Positions 9,109-20,869 of a stretch of DNA of 64,000 nt are shown piece after piece. How positions within the stretch are numbered: the stretch's first letter is position 1; every line of letters begins with the position of its first letter. Position numbers and translations under genes: made by a program. The notes under the pieces were generated by a model. The model was not told the origin of the DNA. It made no database searches and worked only from the letters and a program-made list of their open reading frames with translations. Source of the DNA: an uncultured Verrucomicrobiae bacterium (GTDB taxonomy: Bacteria > Verrucomicrobiota > Verrucomicrobiia > Chthoniobacterales > JAFAMB01). The DNA is taken from positions 1,856,001-1,920,000 of the forward strand of contig CAWIPH010000002.1 in assembly GCA_963837955.1 (NCBI GenBank). Direction: 5' to 3'.

Positions 9109-10044
9109 CTAATATCGGCACGTCTGAGTATCACTGCATTGGAATCGTTCGGTGACGGATTTACAGAGGCCAACGAAGGTTTCCTCCGCCAGACTCAGGC
9201 GGCGGTCTTTCCAGTGAAGAGTTCCCCACTTTCGCAGAAGTTTTTTTCTTCCGAGCGGGAGAGCCACCAGAGACTTTTCGCCGAGTTCTTTTTGTGCGAT
9301 CCAGGGTGCGAGGATGCTGACTCCGAGGTTGAGCTTAACGAGTTCTTTGATCGCTTCCATGTTTCCAAGCTCCATGAACGTAAAAAGCACCTGGTCTCTG
9401 TTCCGGAAGTAATCCTGGATCATTTGAAAGGTGTAACTCGTCTTCTCGTACAGGATGTAGCTTTGCCGCGGAATTTGCGCTTCTTCGACCTTGCCAGACT
9501 GGGCCCAGGGATGCAGCGGACTGAGAATAAACTGCAATTCGTCGGTGAAAAGATGCCGGAACTCAAGCTGCGGTTCACCGCGCGGCTCCAGCACAAGCGC
9601 GAGCTCAATTCGACGCGCCCGCAGCATCTCGATGGCCTCTGGTGTGTCCCCTGGCTCTATCGAGATTGTGCAGGCGGGAAAGCTTTCTCTGAACTCGCGA
9701 AACACGGGCGGCAAAAGGTATTGGCACGCCGCTGTCGTCGCGCCCAGGCGGAGACGACCCGTTCCCCACCGGCCGAGTTGCTTTAGTTCCTCGCGCGCGA
9801 TGCCCATCTCCTGGAGAATTTTTTCAGCGCGAACGAGTAGCTGTTCCCCGGCCTGGGTCAATGTCGCTTTTTTGCCAATTCTGTCTAAAAGCCGACAACC
9901 AACATCCTCTTCCAATGCTTTCATTGCGTGGCTGATTGCTGACTGAGTGAGGTGCAGCTGCTGCGCAGTCTGCGTGAAGCTACCCGTACCGGCCAACACC
10001 GAGAAGGCGCGAAGCTGCCTGCTATCAAGCACCGCGGCAATCAT
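9109..10044 (-). CDS. LysR family transcriptional regulator
   Basis: GSFTQTAQQLHLTQSAISHAMKALEEDVGCRLLDR HTH; divergent from the nitrate operon; start 10044 or 10053. Confidence 0.95.
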   Translation of the reverse strand: MIAAVLDSRQLRAFSVLAGTGSFTQTAQQLHLTQSAISHAMKALEEDVGCRLLDRIGKKATLTQAGEQLLVRAEKILQEMGIAREELKQLGRWGTGRLRLGATTAACQYLLPPVFREFRESFPACTISIEPGDTPEAIEMLRARRIELALVLEPRGEPQLEFRHLFTDELQFILSPLHPWAQSGKVEEAQIPRQSYILYEKTSYTFQMIQDYFRNRDQVLFTFMELGNMEAIKELVKLNLGVSILAPWIAQKELGEKSLVALPLGRKKLLRKWGTLHWKDRRLSLAEETFVGLCKSVTERFQCSDTQTCRY

Positions 10045-10057
10045 GAAGAGCATTCAT
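10043..10057. promoter_or_regulatory. Putative LysR recognition box (T-N11-A dyad)
   Basis: ATGAA-GAGCA-TTCAT overlapping the lysR start, about 100 bp upstream of the divergent operon. Confidence 0.5.
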
Positions 10058-10156
10058 CGTTTCCATTAAAACGTTGAGAAGCATCTTTTAAGCCGCAGGC
10101 AAAATCTAGCATCGCAAACGCTAACGAGGATTCATGACCACAAAAGGTCGGCAAGA

Positions 10157-11233
10157 ATGATTGAAAGATTATCTCCGAAAAACCACGGGCGCAGCCACAC
10201 CCGGCCGTTGCGCCTTGGCTTCGTGCCGCTCAACGACTGTGCGCCGATCGTCATGGCGCACGAACTTGGACTGTTTGAAAAATACGATCTGGTTGTCAAG
10301 CTCAGCCGCGAGATCGGTTGGGCGACCGTTCGCGATAAGATCGTCTACGGCGAGCTGGATGCGGCGCACGCCGTGGCGGGACTTGTCTTCGTGTGCAGCT
10401 TCGGCTTGGGCGCGCTCCGGAAGGATTGTCTAACGGCCCTTGTGCTGAATCTGCACGGCAACGCGATTACACTTTCCAACGAGTTGCGGGCATGCGGCGT
10501 GCATGACGGTAAGACGCTCAAGTTCGAGATCGAGCGTACCTGCGGGAAACGACGCTTCACTTTCGGCGTTGCATTTCCCTTTTCCTCCCACAATTTCATC
10601 CTCTGCGAATGGCTGCGTGCGGCCGGCATCGAGCCGCAGGTTGACGTCGAGATCGTGACCGTGCCGCCACCGCAGATGTTTCCGAATCTGCGGGCCGGAA
10701 ACCTTGACGGATACTGCGTCGGCGAACCCTGGAATTCGCTGGCGGTCATGCGCCGCGCCGGTTGGTGTGTCGCAACTAGTGCCGAACTCGCGCCCCTGCA
10801 TCCGGAAAAGGTGCTCATGGTCCGCCGTGATTTTGCCGAGGAGCGCGAAGCCGAACACCTTGCGCTGGTTGCCGCGCTTATCGAGGCATGCGAGTTCTGC
10901 GATCGGCCGGAAAATCGCGAGCGCATAATGGAGACGCTCGCGCAACCCAAATATCTGAATGCGCCGATCCGGGCATTGCGGATGAGCATGAACGGGACGT
11001 TCGATTTCGGGCATGGCCGTATCAAGAAGGACGCAGATTTCAATGTCTTCTCGCGCCACGGCGCGAACGAGCCGACCGCGGAAAAGGGCGAGTGGGTGCT
11101 CCAGCAAATGTGCGCCAGCGGCGCGCTCAAAGATCCGACGCTGATCCCGGCCCACAGCATCACCGAACTTTTCCGGGCGGACATCTTTCACCAGGCAAAC
11201 CAGCTCATCAAGAACAACCACCAGATTAACTAA
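10157..11233 (+). CDS. NrtA/CmpA-family nitrate-binding protein, cytoplasmic NasS-like
   Basis: LRLGFVPLNDCAPIVMA, FPFSSHN, VPPPQM, GYCVGEPWN, HPEKVL; no signal peptide. Confidence 0.9.
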   Translation: MIERLSPKNHGRSHTRPLRLGFVPLNDCAPIVMAHELGLFEKYDLVVKLSREIGWATVRDKIVYGELDAAHAVAGLVFVCSFGLGALRKDCLTALVLNLHGNAITLSNELRACGVHDGKTLKFEIERTCGKRRFTFGVAFPFSSHNFILCEWLRAAGIEPQVDVEIVTVPPPQMFPNLRAGNLDGYCVGEPWNSLAVMRRAGWCVATSAELAPLHPEKVLMVRRDFAEEREAEHLALVAALIEACEFCDRPENRERIMETLAQPKYLNAPIRALRMSMNGTFDFGHGRIKKDADFNVFSRHGANEPTAEKGEWVLQQMCASGALKDPTLIPAHSITELFRADIFHQANQLIKNNHQIN

Positions 11234-12439
11234 GTGAAACTATCCGACCTCAAGCGCTCCGGCCATTGGCCGACACTCCTCAGTGCCTTTTTGTATTTCG
11301 ACTTCAGCTTCATGGTCTGGACCGTGCTCGGTCCACTCGGGGTACAGATCGGAGAGACGCTGAGACTCTCGCCCGAGCAAAAGGGTCTCATGGTCGCGCT
11401 GCCGATATTGTCTGGAGCGATTCTGCGGATCTTGCTTGGGCTACTGGTTGATCGTATCGGCGCAAAGAATACAGGGATCATCGCGCAGCTCGTTGTCATT
11501 GCGGGGTTGGCGTTGGGCTGGATTTTCGGGCTGACCAACTACGAGGCGACCCTGCTGATGGGGCTCGTGCTCGGATTTGCGGGTGCAAGCTTTGCAGTCG
11601 CGTTGCCCCAGGCCGGGCGCTGGTATCCGCCAAATATGCAAGGTATTGTAATGGGGCTTGCAGGTGCAGGAAATATTGGTGTCGTGCTTGATAGCCTGCT
11701 CGCTCCTCGGTTGGCGGAAGCCTTCGGCTGGAGAAATGTGTTCGGTTTCGCTCTGGTCCCGGCCCTCTTGGTTCTAGTTTGCTACGCGGTCTTCTCGAAG
11801 GAGGCGCCCGGCGAGGTAAAGCAAAAGAAGATCTCCGACTACTGGACGCTCCTCAAAGACCCGGATGCGCATTGGTTCTGCTTTTACTACACGATCAGCT
11901 TCGGTGGATTTGTCGGTCTGGCCAGTTCGTATGTGCTCTATTTCAAGGGTGAATTCGGGCTCTCGCCGGTACAAGCCGGCGATTTCGCTGGGCTTTGCAC
12001 GTTTGTTGGCGCAGTGCTGCGGCCGATTGGCGGCGCGACTGCGGATCAGATCGGCGGCATTCGCTCGCTCTACCGATTCTATCTGATTGCCGGAATCGCA
12101 TTGATCGCTGCTGCGCTCGTCCACAATGTGACTTTTAATCTTGCGCTCTTCGTCGTGGCGTCAGGATCGCTCGGGATGGCTAACGGCGCGGTTTTTCAAC
12201 TGCTCCCGCAGCGCTTCTGCAGGGAAATCGGCGTAATGACCGGTTTGGTCGGCGCCGGCGGTGGGATCGGCGGATTTTATCTCGCCAGCTCGCTCGGATT
12301 TTCGAAAGGACTTACCGGGTCTTACGTACCCGGTTTTCTTATTTTCGCTTCGCTCTGCTTCCTCGCGATCATCGGGCTCAGTGTAGTGAAAACCAGGTGG
12401 CGCAGCACTTGGGGCGCGCTTGCCGGCGCGCGGATCTAG
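11234..12439 (+). CDS. narK: NarK/NasA family MFS nitrate/nitrite transporter
   Basis: GHWPTL, GFAGASFA, AGAGNIG nitrate signature, GMANGAVFQ; GTG abuts the upstream TAA. Confidence 0.93.
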   Translation: MKLSDLKRSGHWPTLLSAFLYFDFSFMVWTVLGPLGVQIGETLRLSPEQKGLMVALPILSGAILRILLGLLVDRIGAKNTGIIAQLVVIAGLALGWIFGLTNYEATLLMGLVLGFAGASFAVALPQAGRWYPPNMQGIVMGLAGAGNIGVVLDSLLAPRLAEAFGWRNVFGFALVPALLVLVCYAVFSKEAPGEVKQKKISDYWTLLKDPDAHWFCFYYTISFGGFVGLASSYVLYFKGEFGLSPVQAGDFAGLCTFVGAVLRPIGGATADQIGGIRSLYRFYLIAGIALIAAALVHNVTFNLALFVVASGSLGMANGAVFQLLPQRFCREIGVMTGLVGAGGGIGGFYLASSLGFSKGLTGSYVPGFLIFASLCFLAIIGLSVVKTRWRSTWGALAGARI

Positions 12440-12486
12440 CGTGAAACCTGCCATACGAGACTCAGGTCTGACACGCGCTAAACAAG

Positions 12487-14277
12487 ATGAACATCGAAAC
12501 CACGCTTCCTGATATCGGATTTGACCGGCAGCAGAAGGAATATCTACAGGGATACTTTGCCGGACTGGCCTGTAGCGGAATGGTGCCTTTTGTGGGTCAT
12601 CTGCCCGATGGCCGGATGACAAACGTGCCTGCGCCCGGCCTCGTGAACCGCGCAGCCGATCCGGAAGCCTCCGCAGAAAAAACGGTTTATGGCACGCCAG
12701 TTTCGGACCTCTGCGAGCAGGAGCTTTGGAAGCTTGAACAGCATGGCCTGGACGTTTGGGATAAGCTTATTGCGCACGCGAACGAGGACAAATTTCCCGA
12801 TAAGCCGGACACGTTTCGGTTTCGCTATCACGGGCTGTTTTATGTCGCGCCGGCTCAGAAATCGTTCATGCTTCGCTGTCGGATCCCGGCTGGTGAATTG
12901 ACTTCGATGCAGCTGCGAGGTCTTGCGGATGTCGCTGAGGAGTGGGGCGGCGGGTACGCGGATATCACAACGCGCGCAAACTTCCAGGTTCGGGAAATCG
13001 CGCCGCGAAACATCGTCAAATGCCTTTTCAAACTTCAGGAGATCGGCCTTACGGCGCGCGGATCCGGCGTAGACAATGTGCGGAACATCACCGCGACGCC
13101 GACTGCCGGCATCGACAAGGACGAATTGATCGATACCCGCCCGTTTGCGAAGGCGCTTCACTACTACATTCTCAACAATCGCGACCTGTATGACCTGCCG
13201 CGAAAATTCAATGTTGCCTTCGACGGCGGCGGCTCCGTCACTGTCGTAGCCGATACGAACGATATCGGATTCATCGCGGTGCGCGTTCCTGAAGGTAAAG
13301 GCGTTGAGCCGGGAATTTATTTCCGTGTCGAGTTGGGCGGTATCACCGGCCACCAGCAGTTCGCGACGGACTCAGGCGTCCTCGTTAAACCGGAGCAATG
13401 CGTTGCGCTCGCCGCCGCGATCATTCGTGTGTTTGTTGAGAACGGCGATCGAACAAATCGGAAAAGGGCGAGACTCAAATACATCATCGATAAGTGGGGT
13501 ATCCCGAAATACGTCGAGGAAGTCGAAAAGAAGCTCGCGTTCCCGCTGCCGCGTCTTCCGCTCGACCAATGCGAGCCGCGGAAGGTGCCTATTCAGCATG
13601 GCCACATTGGAGTATTTAAACAAGTACAGCCCGGCCTCAACTATATCGGCGCGGTTATTGCCGTCGGCCGGATGAAACCTAAGCAGATGCGCCGCATCGC
13701 CGACGTCGCACAGAATTACGGTTCGGGCGAAGTTCGCCTGACCGTCTGGCAGAATCTCATCATCCCGAATGTGCCGGACGCGTTCGTCGAGACGGTGAAG
13801 AAGAATCTGCTAAAGATGGGTTTCCACCACGCGGCGACATCGATCTCCGGCGGACTCATCGCTTGTACGGGCAACACCGGCTGCCAATGGTCATCGACGA
13901 ACACCAAAGGCCAAGCCGTGCTCCTGGCGCGCCACCTTGAGAAGAAGCTGCAGCTAGATCAGCCGATTAATATTCATCTCACGGGTTGCCCCAATTCGTG
14001 CGCTCAACACTATATGGGCGACATCGGCTTGCTAGGCGCGAAGGTCAAACAAGGCGGCGATACAGTCGAAGGTTACCACGTTCTCCTCGGCGGCGGTTTT
14101 GGAGAAAAACAGGCTGTCGCGCGCGAAGTTTTTAGAGGTGTTCCATTTAACGAGTTGCCCACTTTGCTGGAGCATGTGCTCAAAATCTATCTCGCGAAGC
14201 GCAAACGCGGTGAAAGCTTCGTCGAGTTCACACGCCGTCACAGCGTCAAGGAACTGCAGGAATTGTTCTCCGAATAG
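12487..14277 (+). CDS. nirA: Siroheme nitrite reductase, NirA family
   Basis: TTRANFQ, LPRKFN, CTGNTGC and GCPNSC siroheme/4Fe-4S ligands; nitrate operon context. Confidence 0.92.
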   Translation: MNIETTLPDIGFDRQQKEYLQGYFAGLACSGMVPFVGHLPDGRMTNVPAPGLVNRAADPEASAEKTVYGTPVSDLCEQELWKLEQHGLDVWDKLIAHANEDKFPDKPDTFRFRYHGLFYVAPAQKSFMLRCRIPAGELTSMQLRGLADVAEEWGGGYADITTRANFQVREIAPRNIVKCLFKLQEIGLTARGSGVDNVRNITATPTAGIDKDELIDTRPFAKALHYYILNNRDLYDLPRKFNVAFDGGGSVTVVADTNDIGFIAVRVPEGKGVEPGIYFRVELGGITGHQQFATDSGVLVKPEQCVALAAAIIRVFVENGDRTNRKRARLKYIIDKWGIPKYVEEVEKKLAFPLPRLPLDQCEPRKVPIQHGHIGVFKQVQPGLNYIGAVIAVGRMKPKQMRRIADVAQNYGSGEVRLTVWQNLIIPNVPDAFVETVKKNLLKMGFHHAATSISGGLIACTGNTGCQWSSTNTKGQAVLLARHLEKKLQLDQPINIHLTGCPNSCAQHYMGDIGLLGAKVKQGGDTVEGYHVLLGGGFGEKQAVAREVFRGVPFNELPTLLEHVLKIYLAKRKRGESFVEFTRRHSVKELQELFSE

Positions 14278-14354
14278 ATAACACCCCTAGCACGCCAGGA
14301 AAACAGAACCGGAGATTATGTCTCTCTCGCATTGCAAGAACCCGATTTTGTAAA

Positions 14355-16166
14355 ATGAGCCAACGCCAATCAGTTCCATATATCCCCGACAACGCTCCGT
14401 TTACTCCGTCCCAACGCGCGTGGCTGAACGGTTTTCTGGCCGGGATGTTCTGCCAAACTACGGCCCCCGCCGCCAATGAGCAGCATACCGCTGCCAAACC
14501 GAAGCTGAGCGTTTTCGTCGGTTCGCAGAGCGGGAACGCAGAATCGCTCGCCAAGCGCTTCGTCAAAGAAGCGAAAAAAAAGGGCTATGAGGCGACCGTC
14601 GCGGGACTCGACAAGATTACGCTGGCAACACTGGCAGAGGAAAAATGCGCGCTGGTTGTCACCAGCACGTGGGGTGAAGGAGATCCACCGGACAATGCCG
14701 CGGCATTCTGGAAACAGTTGAAGGAAGATAATGATCTCAGGCTGGCGAATCTGAGGTATTCGGTCCTTGCCCTGGGGGATACGAACTATGAGAATTTTTG
14801 CGGATTCGGCAAGAGTGTCGATCGTCGGCTCGGGGAACTTGGCGCAAAACGAATATTCGAGCGAGTCGATTGCAACGTTGATTTCGAAGAGGGAGCTGCG
14901 CGCTGGCAGAATGGCGTTTTTGAAGCCTTGAAAAATATCGTTCAGTTGGACGACGTGCCGCAACTGAACGGTTCCGTCACGGGTTCGGCTAATGGCACCT
15001 CTTCGCCGCCATCACCGCCGGTGGCGGGAATGTCCGCCGGCTACTCCCGTAAAAACCCGTTTGCCGCCCGGTTGCTCGCAAACCGTAAACTAACCGGAGA
15101 CAATTCGAAAAAAGATACGCGTCATTATGAGATTTGTCTTAAAGGGTCCGGTTTGACTTACGAGGTGGGCGACGCTCTCGGCGTCATGCCGGCAAATTCA
15201 CCGGATCTCGTCAACGAAATCCTGAAGGCCTTGCACTTCGATGGCGAAGAGGAAGTGTGTGGACCGGAGGGCGGCAAAATGCCGATTCGGCTTGCCCTGG
15301 AGCGGGAGTATCAGATTCGTCAACCGCACTCCGCTTTTTTAAACGCAATGGCCGAACATGACGCCGCTGATCAATATCTTAAAGAGCTGATCAGCGCGGA
15401 AGTGCGGACCGAATTGAACAAATTTCTGTGGGGACGCGAAGTCATTGATTTTCTCATCGAATCGCCACGCGTTAAATTTTCCCCTGAAGAATTTGTGTCA
15501 CTGCTGAAAAAGCTTCAGCCACGGCTCTACTCGATCGCGTCGAGCCTGAAGGCGCATCCAGAACAGGTTCATCTCACGGTCGACACCGTGCGCTACGAAA
15601 TTTATGGTCGGAAGCGTAAAGGAGTTTGTTCAAATTTCCTTGCCGAACGTGTCAGCAACGACACGCCGGTTCCCGTCTTCATTCAGACCTCGAAGCATTT
15701 CCGGCCGCCGCAGAGCGGCGACGTGCCGATAATCATGGTCGGTCCCGGTACTGGCATTGCGCCATTTCGCGCATTTCTGGAGGAGCGGAAAATGAATGGG
15801 GCGAAGGGCGGAAACTGGCTGTTTTTCGGAGCGCAAAAATCAAGCTGCGATTTTTTTTACAGAGACGAACTGGAAGCGTTCCAGCGCGAGGGCGTTTTAA
15901 CGCGGCTTGATACAGCGTTTTCGCGGGATCAGGATTTCAAAATCTATGTCCAGCACCGGATGCTCGAGAACGCCAAGGAGCTTTGGAACTGGCTCGAGCA
16001 GGGTGCGCATTTTTACGTCTGCGGGGACGCAGGCCGGATGGCCAAAGATGTAGACAAGACTCTGCGCGAAATTGTGAAAACGGCCGGAGCGTGCTCCGAA
16101 GATGCGACCGCAGAATACATCCAGAAACTAAAAGCCGACAAACGCTATCAACGCGATGTCTACTGA
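14355..16166 (+). CDS. CysJ-like diflavin (FMN/FAD/NADPH) reductase, probable electron donor to NirA
   Basis: GSQSGNAE and TSTWGEGD flavodoxin motifs, [23 protein letters not shown] end. Confidence 0.93.
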   Translation: MSQRQSVPYIPDNAPFTPSQRAWLNGFLAGMFCQTTAPAANEQHTAAKPKLSVFVGSQSGNAESLAKRFVKEAKKKGYEATVAGLDKITLATLAEEKCALVVTSTWGEGDPPDNAAAFWKQLKEDNDLRLANLRYSVLALGDTNYENFCGFGKSVDRRLGELGAKRIFERVDCNVDFEEGAARWQNGVFEALKNIVQLDDVPQLNGSVTGSANGTSSPPSPPVAGMSAGYSRKNPFAARLLANRKLTGDNSKKDTRHYEICLKGSGLTYEVGDALGVMPANSPDLVNEILKALHFDGEEEVCGPEGGKMPIRLALEREYQIRQPHSAFLNAMAEHDAADQYLKELISAEVRTELNKFLWGREVIDFLIESPRVKFSPEEFVSLLKKLQPRLYSIASSLKAHPEQVHLTVDTVRYEIYGRKRKGVCSNFLAERVSNDTPVPVFIQTSKHFRPPQSGDVPIIMVGPGTGIAPFRAFLEERKMNGAKGGNWLFFGAQKSSCDFFYRDELEAFQREGVLTRLDTAFSRDQDFKIYVQHRMLENAKELWNWLEQGAHFYVCGDAGRMAKDVDKTLREIVKTAGACSEDATAEYIQKLKADKRYQRDVY

Positions 16167-17859
16167 TTTGCTGCGGGATTGGCACCTGGGCGAAGGCCGC
16201 ACGCTGATCGACGATTTGCTGGCCGAGCAGCAACTTCTGACGCCGGTCGCCACATTCTCCCGGAAACACGAGCGCCATACTCTGCCGGCGCAGGCGAAGT
16301 ATTACAGCGATCTGATTCCACTCTCGTCGCCGGCGCCAGGCGAGCAGTATGCGTTTGCCGTCGATCTCGACGCCTGCACAGGTTGCAAGGCATGTGTTAC
16401 CGCGTGCCACAATCTGAACGGGCTCGACGACGACGAGACTTGGCGCGATGTCGGTGTGCTTTTTGGCGGAACAGTCCTTGAGCCGGTGCAGCAGACGATC
16501 ACCACGGCGTGTCATCACTGCGTGGATCCGGGATGTATGAATGGGTGTCCAGTCAACGCGTATGACAAAGACCCGGTGACCGGCATCGTGCGCCATCTCG
16601 ATGACCAGTGTATCGGTTGTCAATATTGCATTTGGAAATGCCCCTACGACGTGCCGAAGTATTCAAAGAAGCGAGGCATTGTCCGCAAGTGCGACATGTG
16701 CTCGAGTCGGCTCGCTGTGGGAGAAGCGCCTGCGTGCGTGCAAGCCTGCCCCAACGAAGCGATCACCATTACGCTCGTCAACAAGCAACAGATCGCACTT
16801 CAATGGGATAAGAAAGATAGCTTTCTGCCGGGCTCGCCCGATCCAGACTATACGCTGCCGACAACACAATACCGCACCAGCAAAACTCTGCCCGCCAATA
16901 TGCGGCCAGGCGATTTCTTTAAAAACGAGCCGGAGCATGCCCATTCGCCGCTCGTGGTCATGCTCGTGCTCACGCAACTCTCGGTGGGCGCATTTTGCAC
17001 AGGAACAATTTTACGGCTGCTCTTCCCGTCCGAGCTCCTCCGTGAACTCACGCCATTTCATTCGCTGGTTGCTCTGCTGCTCGGCTTCCTTGCGCTCGGT
17101 GCGAGCACAATGCACCTTGGGCGACCGCTTGACGCGTGGCGCTCTTTTGTCGGGCTGAAAACATCGTGGCTCAGCCGGGAGATCATGGTATTTGGACTGT
17201 TCGCGATGCTCGCCCTGATATACGCCGGGTCGTTCTGGTTGCCCGCCTTGAGCGGTTTGGTGAATATACCGTTTTGGCGGGAATTGTCCTCTTCGCCGTT
17301 GCAGAATGCGTTCGGAATCGGTGTGGCGGTTACCGGGTTGGCCGGAGTGTTTTCCTCGATGATGATTTATCGAGACACGCGGCGGACGTTTTGGCGGATG
17401 ACGTTCACTGCGCCGAAATTTTCCGGAACAACATTGCTGCTGGGTCCAGCAACGATCCTGTTTACGATGACGCTGCAATCGGTGTTCGCGCCACCCATCG
17501 CCGCGCAGCCGGCGTTTCGCCATGTCGTTGTTCTGCTATGCGGATTTCTGGCCGTTGCGACGACGGCAAAATTGCTCTGGGAGTTGGCCGTATTCGCTCA
17601 TTTGAACGACCGAGAGTGGCCAAACATGAAACGCACTGCGCTCCTGATGTCAGGCGTATTGAAACGGGCGACCATTGCGCGGTTCGTTTGCGGCACAGTC
17701 GGTGGCGTCCTGCTCCCGGCCCTTGTGGTGTTCGGCGTATTCCCTCCGGTAGTCGCGACTGGAATCCTACCCTTTTCGCTGCTCGGTGAACTGCTTGAGC
17801 GCTACTTGTTTTTCACCGCGGTGATTCCGCCCAAAATGCCCGGAGGGATTGCGTCATGA
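16156..17859 (+). CDS. Fusion of DmsB-like 4x[4Fe-4S] subunit and DmsC/YnfH-type membrane anchor
   Basis: [11 protein letters not shown], CHHCxxPxCxxx[26 protein letters not shown]; then about 8 TM helices with HLGRP...SWLSREI and [10 protein letters not shown]. Confidence 0.92.
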   Translation: MSTDLLRDWHLGEGRTLIDDLLAEQQLLTPVATFSRKHERHTLPAQAKYYSDLIPLSSPAPGEQYAFAVDLDACTGCKACVTACHNLNGLDDDETWRDVGVLFGGTVLEPVQQTITTACHHCVDPGCMNGCPVNAYDKDPVTGIVRHLDDQCIGCQYCIWKCPYDVPKYSKKRGIVRKCDMCSSRLAVGEAPACVQACPNEAITITLVNKQQIALQWDKKDSFLPGSPDPDYTLPTTQYRTSKTLPANMRPGDFFKNEPEHAHSPLVVMLVLTQLSVGAFCTGTILRLLFPSELLRELTPFHSLVALLLGFLALGASTMHLGRPLDAWRSFVGLKTSWLSREIMVFGLFAMLALIYAGSFWLPALSGLVNIPFWRELSSSPLQNAFGIGVAVTGLAGVFSSMMIYRDTRRTFWRMTFTAPKFSGTTLLLGPATILFTMTLQSVFAPPIAAQPAFRHVVVLLCGFLAVATTAKLLWELAVFAHLNDREWPNMKRTALLMSGVLKRATIARFVCGTVGGVLLPALVVFGVFPPVVATGILPFSLLGELLERYLFFTAVIPPKMPGGIAS

Positions 17860-20141
17860 AAAAGGCTATCACAAAATTGCGGCAACATCCGCTCGTCAAA
17901 AAAGCCGATTCATTTGTCCGCAAGTGGGATGGCAAGTTAACGCAGGATTTGGTATTGCATCCCGGCAAGTTCGGCCTCGGGAAAGTGCCCGCGCGCCTCG
18001 AACCGGACGACACCACCGATATGGTGTGCGGCTTTTGCTCGACGGGCTGCAGTCTAACTATTCATCTTAAAGACGGCCAGGCGATGAACCTGAGTCCGGC
18101 TACCAATTACCCCGTCAACCTCGGGATGGCTTGCCCGAAAGGCTGGGAGGCGCTCACACCCCTTCGGTCTCCTGACCGCGCAACGACACCTTACCTTCGC
18201 AATGCGGATGGCCAACTCGAACCCGTGGACTGGGACACAGCGCTCCAGGTCTTCACGCTTCGCTTCAAAGCCATCCAGGATAAATACGGCAACGATGCAA
18301 TTGCGTGGCTCGGTACCGGCCAGATCTGCACCGAGGAACTGGCGTTTCTCGGCGCGCTGGCGAAGTTCGGCATGGGGATAGTTCATGGCGACGGCAACAC
18401 ACGTCAGTGCATGGCGACCGCCGCCACGGCTTACAAACAATCGTTCGGTTTCGATGCGCCGCCTTACACCTACCAGGATTTCGAGGAATCCGACGTGCTC
18501 GTCTTCGTCGGCTCGAATCTTTGCATCGCGCATCCGATAATGTGGCAGCGTGTTTGCCGGAACAAGAATCATCCGGAGATCATCGTGGTCGATCCCCGGA
18601 AAACGGAGACTGCCATGGCCGCGACGCAACATTACGCCATTAAGCCGAAGTCCGATCTCGTCCTGCTCTATGGGCTGGCGAACATCCTCATCGCGAGCGG
18701 CTGGTTCAATCGCGATTACATCAACAAACACACCACTGGCTTTGAAGAGTTTGCAGAATTTGTGACACGTTTCACTTCGGATGAGGTGAGTGCCGCAACC
18801 GGTCTGAGCGTTGCGCAGCTCTGGCAGTTTGCAGAGACAATCCATCGCGGCAAGAGCGTGTCATTTTGGTGGACAATGGGTGTGAATCAGGGTCACGAGG
18901 CAACCCGCACCGCGCAGGCGATCATCAATCTCGCGATTATGACCGGCAATATCGGCCGGGCTGGCACGGGAGCCAACTCCATCACTGGCCAGTGCAATGC
19001 GATGGGCTCCAGGCTCTTTTCAAACACCACGAACCTGCTCGGCGGCTACGATTTTTCAATCGCCCAACACCGTTCGAAAATCGCTGAGATTCTTCGCATA
19101 GACGTTAAGAGGATTCCAGATCAGAACAGTTGGGCTTACGATCAGATCGTAGAGGGAATCGCCAACGGCAAAATAAAGGGGCTCTGGGTCATCGCCACTA
19201 ACTCCTCGCACTCGTGGATCAATCAACGTGATTTCAACGAAATAGCGCAGAAGCTCGATCTTCTCGTCGTGCAGGATATGTATCACACCACTGAGACGGC
19301 GCAGCGTGCCCATCTCGTTTTGCCGGCTGCGGCGTGGGGCGAGAAGACCGGCACGTTCATCAATTCCGAGCGCCGAATCGGGCTTGTAAAAAAAGTCTCG
19401 CGTCCCCCGGGCCATGCGCTGTCGGATTTCAATATCTTCAAGCTGGTGGCGCAATACTGGGGCTGTGGCGAGATGTTCAAGGAGTGGTCTTCGCCGGAAG
19501 CGGCGTTTCAAATTCTGAAAAAACTTTCGCGCGGCCAGCCGTGCGATATCACGGGCATTCACGATTACCAGATGATCGAGGAGGCAGGCGGCATCCAGTG
19601 GCCGTTGCCGGACGGCCGCGCGCCCGGCGCCATGTCTGAATACCGGTCTACTGACCCAGCGACAGTTCCCTTAGCGCAGGAACGGCGTCTGTTCGAAGAC
19701 GGCGCGTTCTACCACGCGGACGGGAAGGCGAAATTTTTTTTTGAAGCCCCTCGTGAGGTCCCGGAGCCGACGGACTTCGACTATCCCTTCACGTTGCTCA
19801 CCGGACGCGGCACCTCCTCCCAGTGGCACACGCAGACGCGTACGGGAAAATCCGCCGTGCTGAGAAAGCTTTATCCCGATCAAATTTATGTCGAGATAAA
19901 TCCGACCGATGCGGAAAGACTGGCCATCGGCCCTAATGAGAGAGTGCGCGTCGCATCGCGCCGCGGCCAGGTGAGCGCGACCGCCTTCATCACAAATACG
20001 GTCCAAGTCGGCAACGTGTTCATTCCGATGCACTACGCGACCGCAAACGAACTCACGTTTCCTGCGTTTGATCCCTTTTCGCGGCAACCTGCCTACAAAG
20101 CCTGCGCAGTTTCGGTAAGGCCTCTCCGCGAAAGCAGGTGA
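17856..20141 (+). CDS. Mo-bisPGD nitrate reductase catalytic subunit (NasA/NarB type), no Tat signal
   Basis: CGFCSTGC...[43 protein letters not shown] overlap with the upstream gene. Confidence 0.93.
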   Translation: MKKAITKLRQHPLVKKADSFVRKWDGKLTQDLVLHPGKFGLGKVPARLEPDDTTDMVCGFCSTGCSLTIHLKDGQAMNLSPATNYPVNLGMACPKGWEALTPLRSPDRATTPYLRNADGQLEPVDWDTALQVFTLRFKAIQDKYGNDAIAWLGTGQICTEELAFLGALAKFGMGIVHGDGNTRQCMATAATAYKQSFGFDAPPYTYQDFEESDVLVFVGSNLCIAHPIMWQRVCRNKNHPEIIVVDPRKTETAMAATQHYAIKPKSDLVLLYGLANILIASGWFNRDYINKHTTGFEEFAEFVTRFTSDEVSAATGLSVAQLWQFAETIHRGKSVSFWWTMGVNQGHEATRTAQAIINLAIMTGNIGRAGTGANSITGQCNAMGSRLFSNTTNLLGGYDFSIAQHRSKIAEILRIDVKRIPDQNSWAYDQIVEGIANGKIKGLWVIATNSSHSWINQRDFNEIAQKLDLLVVQDMYHTTETAQRAHLVLPAAAWGEKTGTFINSERRIGLVKKVSRPPGHALSDFNIFKLVAQYWGCGEMFKEWSSPEAAFQILKKLSRGQPCDITGIHDYQMIEEAGGIQWPLPDGRAPGAMSEYRSTDPATVPLAQERRLFEDGAFYHADGKAKFFFEAPREVPEPTDFDYPFTLLTGRGTSSQWHTQTRTGKSAVLRKLYPDQIYVEINPTDAERLAIGPNERVRVASRRGQVSATAFITNTVQVGNVFIPMHYATANELTFPAFDPFSRQPAYKACAVSVRPLRESR

Positions 20142-20869
20142 GAAGTGGCAGGTGATTGGTGATTGAGGTTAACATAGTCGTACACATTCAACAGTTCTCG
20201 ACTCTGCAACACCTTTTCACACTGAAAGCTGGTGTGTCAGCAATGCGGACAAAAGAATTTGCTGCCGCAAGCGCAGACCGCATTTTGCGATCTTAGGAAG
20301 GTCGGAAGGCCAGGTGTGTTCGGAATGGCCGATCTTGGAGAAAGGGGCAGCACGGCGCTATTGGGAGCCATCGCAGTTTGCGAGCCTGCCTATATGGACA
20401 CCTCGCATGATGCTAGAATGAGAGCCTTTTCAGAAATTTTCGTTCATAGAGCCGATCGAGAAGAAACACCTGGGCGATACCGTCGAGAAGTATAGCTAAG
20501 AGAAGCTTGGCACGAGTAAAGCTAAGTCCCTGCTGACAGAGAAAGCCAAGTAGGGAAATTGTCTTCAGCAGTCCTCCAAACTGAAAGCAGTTAGTAGTTA
20601 ACCTTTGTGCACACCAGTAAGTTTTATCCGAAAGTATAATAGTCATGCAGCTCGAAAGTTGGTTAGTAGAAAATGAGGCTGACACTTTCAAAGCCGGCCA
20701 GCAGTTCGTATGACCGAGCTGGCGCAGTTGGCGTTCGTTCTAATGCTGTGGGGGATCATCGATACGATGTTCACAGTGTTGCGAAAATGAGACCAGGCTA
20801 CTTAGAATTGAGAATTTGGAAGCTAGAAGCTAGAAGAGGAATAGGAGTCTCTCCCAAAACGTCGGTAAG

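Noticed and set aside
10107..10122. sigma54-like promoter before the nitrate operon (TAGCAT-N5-ACGCT)
   Set aside because: Invariant GG at -24 missing
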